From: Candidatus Aenigmatarchaeota archaeon
Lineage (GTDB): Archaea > Aenigmatarchaeota > Aenigmatarchaeia > GW2011-AR5
Length of the DNA: 24,000 bases
Direction of reading: 5' to 3'
NCBI GenBank assembly: GCA_018304585.1
Contig: JAGVVY010000020.1
Coordinates: 1-24,000 of the forward strand
The position numbers were made by a program, and so were the translations under genes. This document shows positions 20,816-24,000 of the stretch, one piece after another; the stretch's first letter is position 1, and each line of letters begins with the position of its first letter. The notes beneath the pieces were generated by a model. The model saw nothing but the letters and a program-made list of their open reading frames with translations, had not been told where the DNA came from and ran no database searches.

Positions 20816-22054
20816 ATGAGTTCGATAAAAAACATGTCGCTTGCAGAAGAAGGCAAAAAGAAAATAGCATGGGCAGAATCCAGAATGCCCGTTTTGATGA
20901 AAATACAGGCGGATTTTCAGAAAACGCTACCATTCAAGGGCATTAGAATAGGGGCATGCCTTCACGTGACCAAGGAGACGGCCGTGCTGATGAAAACCCT
21001 GAAAACAGGAGGTGCAGCCGTGGCTCTGTGCGGTTCAAACCCGCTGTCAACGCAGGACGACGTGGCGGCAGCCCTTGCCGCACAAGGCATAGAAGTCTTC
21101 GCCTCGCACGGCATCGATAACGAAGGGTATTATAGGAATCTCAATGCCGTACTGGACACAAAACCGGGCATCACCATGGACGACGGCGCTGATTTGATAA
21201 CCGAAATACACTCAAAAAGAAAGGAGCTTCTTGGCGTTGTAAAAGGCGGAACGGAGGAGACGACGACGGGCGTGATACGCTTCAGGGCCATGCAAAAGGA
21301 AGGCAAGCTCAAATTCCCCGTGATAGCGGTCAATGACGCCCGCTGCAAGAACATGTTTGACAACTATTACGGCACCGGGCAAAGCGCTCTGGACGGCATA
21401 ATCCGCTCAACCAACATACTTCTCGCCGGCAAGACGCTGGTCGTGGCTGGTTACGGCCACTGCGGAAGCGGTGTCGCTGCAATGGCAAAGGGCATGGGCG
21501 CCCACGTCATTGTCACCGAAGTCGATCCTGTCAAGGCACTTGCCGCTTATTACGACGGTCATGGCGTCATGTCCATGGACGACGCCTCGGCGCTTGGCGA
21601 CGTATTTGTAACGGTCACGGGCTGCAAGGCCGTGATAGTTGAGCGCCATCTGCGTGCCATGAGAGACGGCGCTATAATATCCAATGCCGGCCATTTTGAC
21701 GTGGAAATAGACGTGAAAAGGCTGAAGGAAATTGCATCTGCCAGAACCCTGAAAGCCGGGCTTGACGAGTTTGTCATTGACGGAAAAAGAATTTACCTGC
21801 TCGGCGAGGGCAGGCTTGTGAATCTTGCCTGCGCAGAAGGCCATCCATCTGAAGTAATGGACCAGTCATTCTCATTGCAGGCATTAGCTGCAAAATACAT
21901 AAATGAAAATAAGCTCGAGGCCGGCGTTCACCGAATACCCAAAGACGTGGACGACATGGTAGCCGCGATGAAGCTTGAGGCGCTTCGCGTAAAGATAGAT
22001 GCGCTGACGCCCGAGCAGGAAAGATACCTTTCTTCATGGAACGAAGGGACCTGA
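20816..22054 (+). CDS. ahcY: S-adenosyl-L-homocysteine hydrolase
   Basis: 412 aa. GACLHVTKETAVLMKTLKTGGA..., GSNPLSTQDDVAAAL, NAD-binding VAGYGHCGSGVA, ...GEGRLVNLACAEGHPSEVMD... Confidence 0.93.
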   Translation: MSSIKNMSLAEEGKKKIAWAESRMPVLMKIQADFQKTLPFKGIRIGACLHVTKETAVLMKTLKTGGAAVALCGSNPLSTQDDVAAALAAQGIEVFASHGIDNEGYYRNLNAVLDTKPGITMDDGADLITEIHSKRKELLGVVKGGTEETTTGVIRFRAMQKEGKLKFPVIAVNDARCKNMFDNYYGTGQSALDGIIRSTNILLAGKTLVVAGYGHCGSGVAAMAKGMGAHVIVTEVDPVKALAAYYDGHGVMSMDDASALGDVFVTVTGCKAVIVERHLRAMRDGAIISNAGHFDVEIDVKRLKEIASARTLKAGLDEFVIDGKRIYLLGEGRLVNLACAEGHPSEVMDQSFSLQALAAKYINENKLEAGVHRIPKDVDDMVAAMKLEALRVKIDALTPEQERYLSSWNEGT

Positions 22055-22055
22055 C

Positions 22056-22688
22056 GTGGACGAAAAAGCGCTTCTTTCCGAAGCGAAGGCTTTCATGGAG
22101 GGCGCCGATCCTGCCCATGATTTCTCCCATGTTCTTCGCGTTCTTGCGCTTGCAAAAGCAATATGCAAAAAAGAAAACGCGGATATGGAAATTCTTATTC
22201 CGGCAGCAATACTACATGACATAGGCAGGCAGGACAAATCCAGCCTGGAGAAGCGGCGCCTGTCGGCGGATGAAAGCGCTTTGATGGCATCGGAAATACT
22301 GAAAAAGCACGGCTTCCCTGAACGTAAAATAGGGAAAATACTTTACAGCATAACGGTTCATGGCTTTTCCAAAGGCGTAACCCCTGAAACGCTTGAAGCC
22401 AAAATATTGCAGGATGCCGACAGGCTTGATGCCATCGGCGCGATAGGAATGGCACGATGCTTCGCCGTTGGTGGGCAGTTGAAGAGACAACTCCACCACG
22501 CAGAAGACCCGCTTGCAAAAAACAGGGAGCCCGACGACGGCTTGTACTCGGTTGACCACTTTTACAGGAAACTCATGCTCCTAAAGAGCGGGATGCACAC
22601 CGGCACCGGCAGGCGCCTTGCCGAAAGGCGCCACAAGTTCCTTGAAACTTTTCTGGAACAGCTGGAAACGGACATAAAAGGCCGTTAA
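22056..22688 (+). CDS. HD-domain metal-dependent phosphohydrolase
   Basis: HDFSHVLRV..., AAILHDIGR (H..HD), LQDADRLDAIGAIGMARCF. GTG start 1 nt after the ahcY stop, so probably co-transcribed. Confidence 0.85.
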   Translation: MDEKALLSEAKAFMEGADPAHDFSHVLRVLALAKAICKKENADMEILIPAAILHDIGRQDKSSLEKRRLSADESALMASEILKKHGFPERKIGKILYSITVHGFSKGVTPETLEAKILQDADRLDAIGAIGMARCFAVGGQLKRQLHHAEDPLAKNREPDDGLYSVDHFYRKLMLLKSGMHTGTGRRLAERRHKFLETFLEQLETDIKGR

Positions 22689-22760
22689 CGTTTTCTTGCG
22701 ATAATTTTATAGTTAACCCAGTAAAGATTCCAGATATGATTTACCGGGTTCACATATATA

Positions 22761-22799
22761 GCAAATGACAGAAGTATCCGGGCAAAATTCTGTCTTTGC
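22761..22799. repeat. Hairpin 1: 12-bp stem (one bulged T) with 14-nt loop
   Basis: GCAAATGACAGAA (22761-22773) pairs with TTCTGTCTTTGC (22788-22799). Loop GTATCCGGGCAAAA. Confidence 0.6.
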
Positions 22800-22836
22800 T
22801 GTACGTAGAGAATGCCTGAAAACTAATGCCATCTAC

Positions 22837-22878
22837 TATAGTTCTCCAAGTACTTGCTTGTTTTCTTGGAGAACTATA
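22837..22878. repeat. Hairpin 2: perfect 14-bp stem with 14-nt loop, followed on the + strand by T5 (22886-22890)
   Basis: TATAGTTCTCCAAG (22837-22850) pairs with CTTGGAGAACTATA (22865-22878). Loop TACTTGCTTGTTTT. Downstream sequence ACTTCCATTTTTCG. Confidence 0.65.
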
Positions 22879-22899
22879 ACTTCCATTTTTCGCGGATTG

Positions 22900-23814
22900 T
22901 CAAATCATCGCCATTGCGAAAAGGAACACGCCGTAGCACAGAAACAATACCATCCCCTCCCTCATCCTGAAGTGTATGAAATGCGTCATGAAAAGGAACA
23001 GCGCGTTGAACCCTATCAGCATGGCGGCTATGGCGGTTTCAGTGCCGGTCAGCGTGACGTGGCCCATGACCGCCACAACCCCCACTATGAAAGTTAGGTT
23101 CGTCACAACCGACCCAACCACGTTGCCCATGGCCAGCGCCATGTTGCCTTTTCTCATGGCGCTCACGCTTATGCTGAGCTCGGGCAGCGTCGTTCCCATT
23201 GACAGTATCGTCGCGCCAAGCAGGCTTTCCGGCACGCTGAGGCTGCCTGCAAGCGATATTATCGAGTTCGTGACAAAATGTGCGCTTATGACAACGACGA
23301 ATATTGACGATACCAGATAGGCGGCCGATTTTAAAGCCTGGGCCGAGCGGTAGCCGCCGCTTTTTGCGATGCGAATGCCCTGCCTCATGAAGCCCTCGGA
23401 AAATATATAGAAAAGCGACAGGCAAAAAAGCCCGAACATCATGCTTATGCTGCCGGCCATGATCATTATGAGCGCCACGAAAGACGTGGAAAGCACTGCA
23501 TAGTTTATCTGCCTGCTGTCCGTCTTCCCAAGCTTGAACCCGAAAAGCGCCATGGCGCCAAAAACCAGCGTGAGGTTTGCTATGTTGGCGCCCATAACGT
23601 TCCCGACGCTCAGTATGCCCTCCCCTTTTAGCGAGGATATCGCCCCTATCGTCAACTCGGGCAATGAAGTGGAGACGGCGATGAATATAAACCCTATCGC
23701 CGCCTGGTCAATGCCGGAAATCTTTGCCAGCTTCTCGGCGTTGATTATCACGGTGTCGCTGAATTTCACCAGAAACGCTATGGACACCGCCAGAATTGCA
23801 AGATCTACAAGCAT
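22900..23814 (-). CDS. Ca2+/cation antiporter (CaCA / YrbG-type sodium-calcium exchanger family)
   Basis: 304 aa and polytopic. Two alpha-repeats: GNVMGANIANLTLVFG and GNVVGSVVTNLTFIVG, each preceded by STSLPEL / GTTLPEL. TTATATAT box 20 nt upstream of the ATG. Confidence 0.88.
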   Translation of the reverse strand: MLVDLAILAVSIAFLVKFSDTVIINAEKLAKISGIDQAAIGFIFIAVSTSLPELTIGAISSLKGEGILSVGNVMGANIANLTLVFGAMALFGFKLGKTDSRQINYAVLSTSFVALIMIMAGSISMMFGLFCLSLFYIFSEGFMRQGIRIAKSGGYRSAQALKSAAYLVSSIFVVVISAHFVTNSIISLAGSLSVPESLLGATILSMGTTLPELSISVSAMRKGNMALAMGNVVGSVVTNLTFIVGVVAVMGHVTLTGTETAIAAMLIGFNALFLFMTHFIHFRMREGMVLFLCYGVFLFAMAMI

Positions 23815-23886
23815 TCGGATAATTGGAGGCGCCGATATATAAAAATAAAATCCTGCATAAAAGACAAGAAAAAGCCGTTGAAAGAA

Positions 23887-24000
23887 CTATTTGAGCACAA
23901 CTTTCATGAAGTCATGCGCGACTTCCATTCCGTATTTCTTTGCGGCCGCTTCAAGCTCTTTCGGGCTCTGGTACCGTCTGCTTATATGAGTCAGTATCGT
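23887..24000 (-). CDS. rnz: C-terminal end of an MBL-fold ribonuclease, probably RNase Z; 5' part lies beyond the window
   Basis: My minus-strand translation gives TILTHISRRYQSPKELEAAAKKYGMEVAHDFMKVVLK*. The LTHxSxRY motif plus a terminal AxDF...V tail matches RNase Z C-termini as I remember them. Only 37 codons are visible. Confidence 0.6.
   Translation of the reverse strand, partial: TILTHISRRYQSPKELEAAAKKYGMEVAHDFMKVVLK

Noticed and set aside
20766-20933. N-terminal 56 codons of the track ORF 19863..20933
   Set aside because: This extension overlaps the ahcY start and its promoter spacer and is hydrophobic junk. ATG 20765 gives the family-typical N-terminus and has a TATA box 22 nt upstream.
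21407-21844. 145-aa minus-strand ORF inside ahcY, and 21774..22130 spanning ahcY and the HD gene
   Set aside because: They are antisense shadows of strongly supported genes.
22765-23097. 110-aa plus-strand ORF starting in the HD/antiporter spacer
   Set aside because: It runs antisense through the antiporter 3' region and across both hairpins, and has no motif.
1-24000. CRISPR arrays, rRNA genes, transposase or integrase genes, inteins
   Set aside because: I saw no regularly spaced direct repeats, no rRNA-like conserved blocks and no recognisable recombinase ORFs. The synthetase genes have normal lengths without intein-sized inserts.

Overview
Compact, gene-dense archaeal window. Evidence for archaeal origin: aRF1, archaeal-type CMP kinase, S8e, L37e, an LSm protein, intron-containing tRNAs, and TATA boxes 21-22 nt upstream of many ATGs. 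All calls come from reading motifs by eye; no searches were run. The backbone is housekeeping and rich in translation genes: valS-aRF1, metG, trpS, rps8e, LSm-rpl37e, tRNA-Ala, tRNA-Lys and the 3' end of RNase Z. It also carries a CopA copper-ATPase locus, HIT hydrolase, a PurD-like ATP-grasp enzyme, cmk, TatD, SAH hydrolase, an HD hydrolase and a CaCA antiporter. Several short, visibly AT-richer accessory islets sit between these genes. Most notable: (1) tRNA-Lys(CUU) with two introns, one non-canonical at the D-arm/position-26 junction, and tRNA-Ala(CGC) with a 41-nt intron. (2) A tightly coupled three-gene cassette of unrecognisable small proteins (64/141/82 aa, the last with a Fis-like HTH) directly upstream of trpS. 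This is my best candidate for an undescribed system, but its function is unknown. (3) A RelE/ParE-like toxin and a truncated Phd/YefM-like antitoxin arranged tail-to-tail with overlapping stop codons. (4) A 98-bp MITE-like element with inverted termini and a 9-bp flanking direct repeat. (5) A PadR-TRASH fusion regulator divergent from copA across a palindrome. (6) A decayed aspartate aminotransferase relic. (7) An APH-like phosphotransferase and an AAA_33-type P-loop kinase as separate convergent genes overlapping by 19 bp. No CRISPR array, rRNA, transposase or integrase was seen. Gene content, intron-rich tRNAs and gene decay suit a small-genome DPANN-type archaeon such as Micrarchaeota; that placement is inference only.
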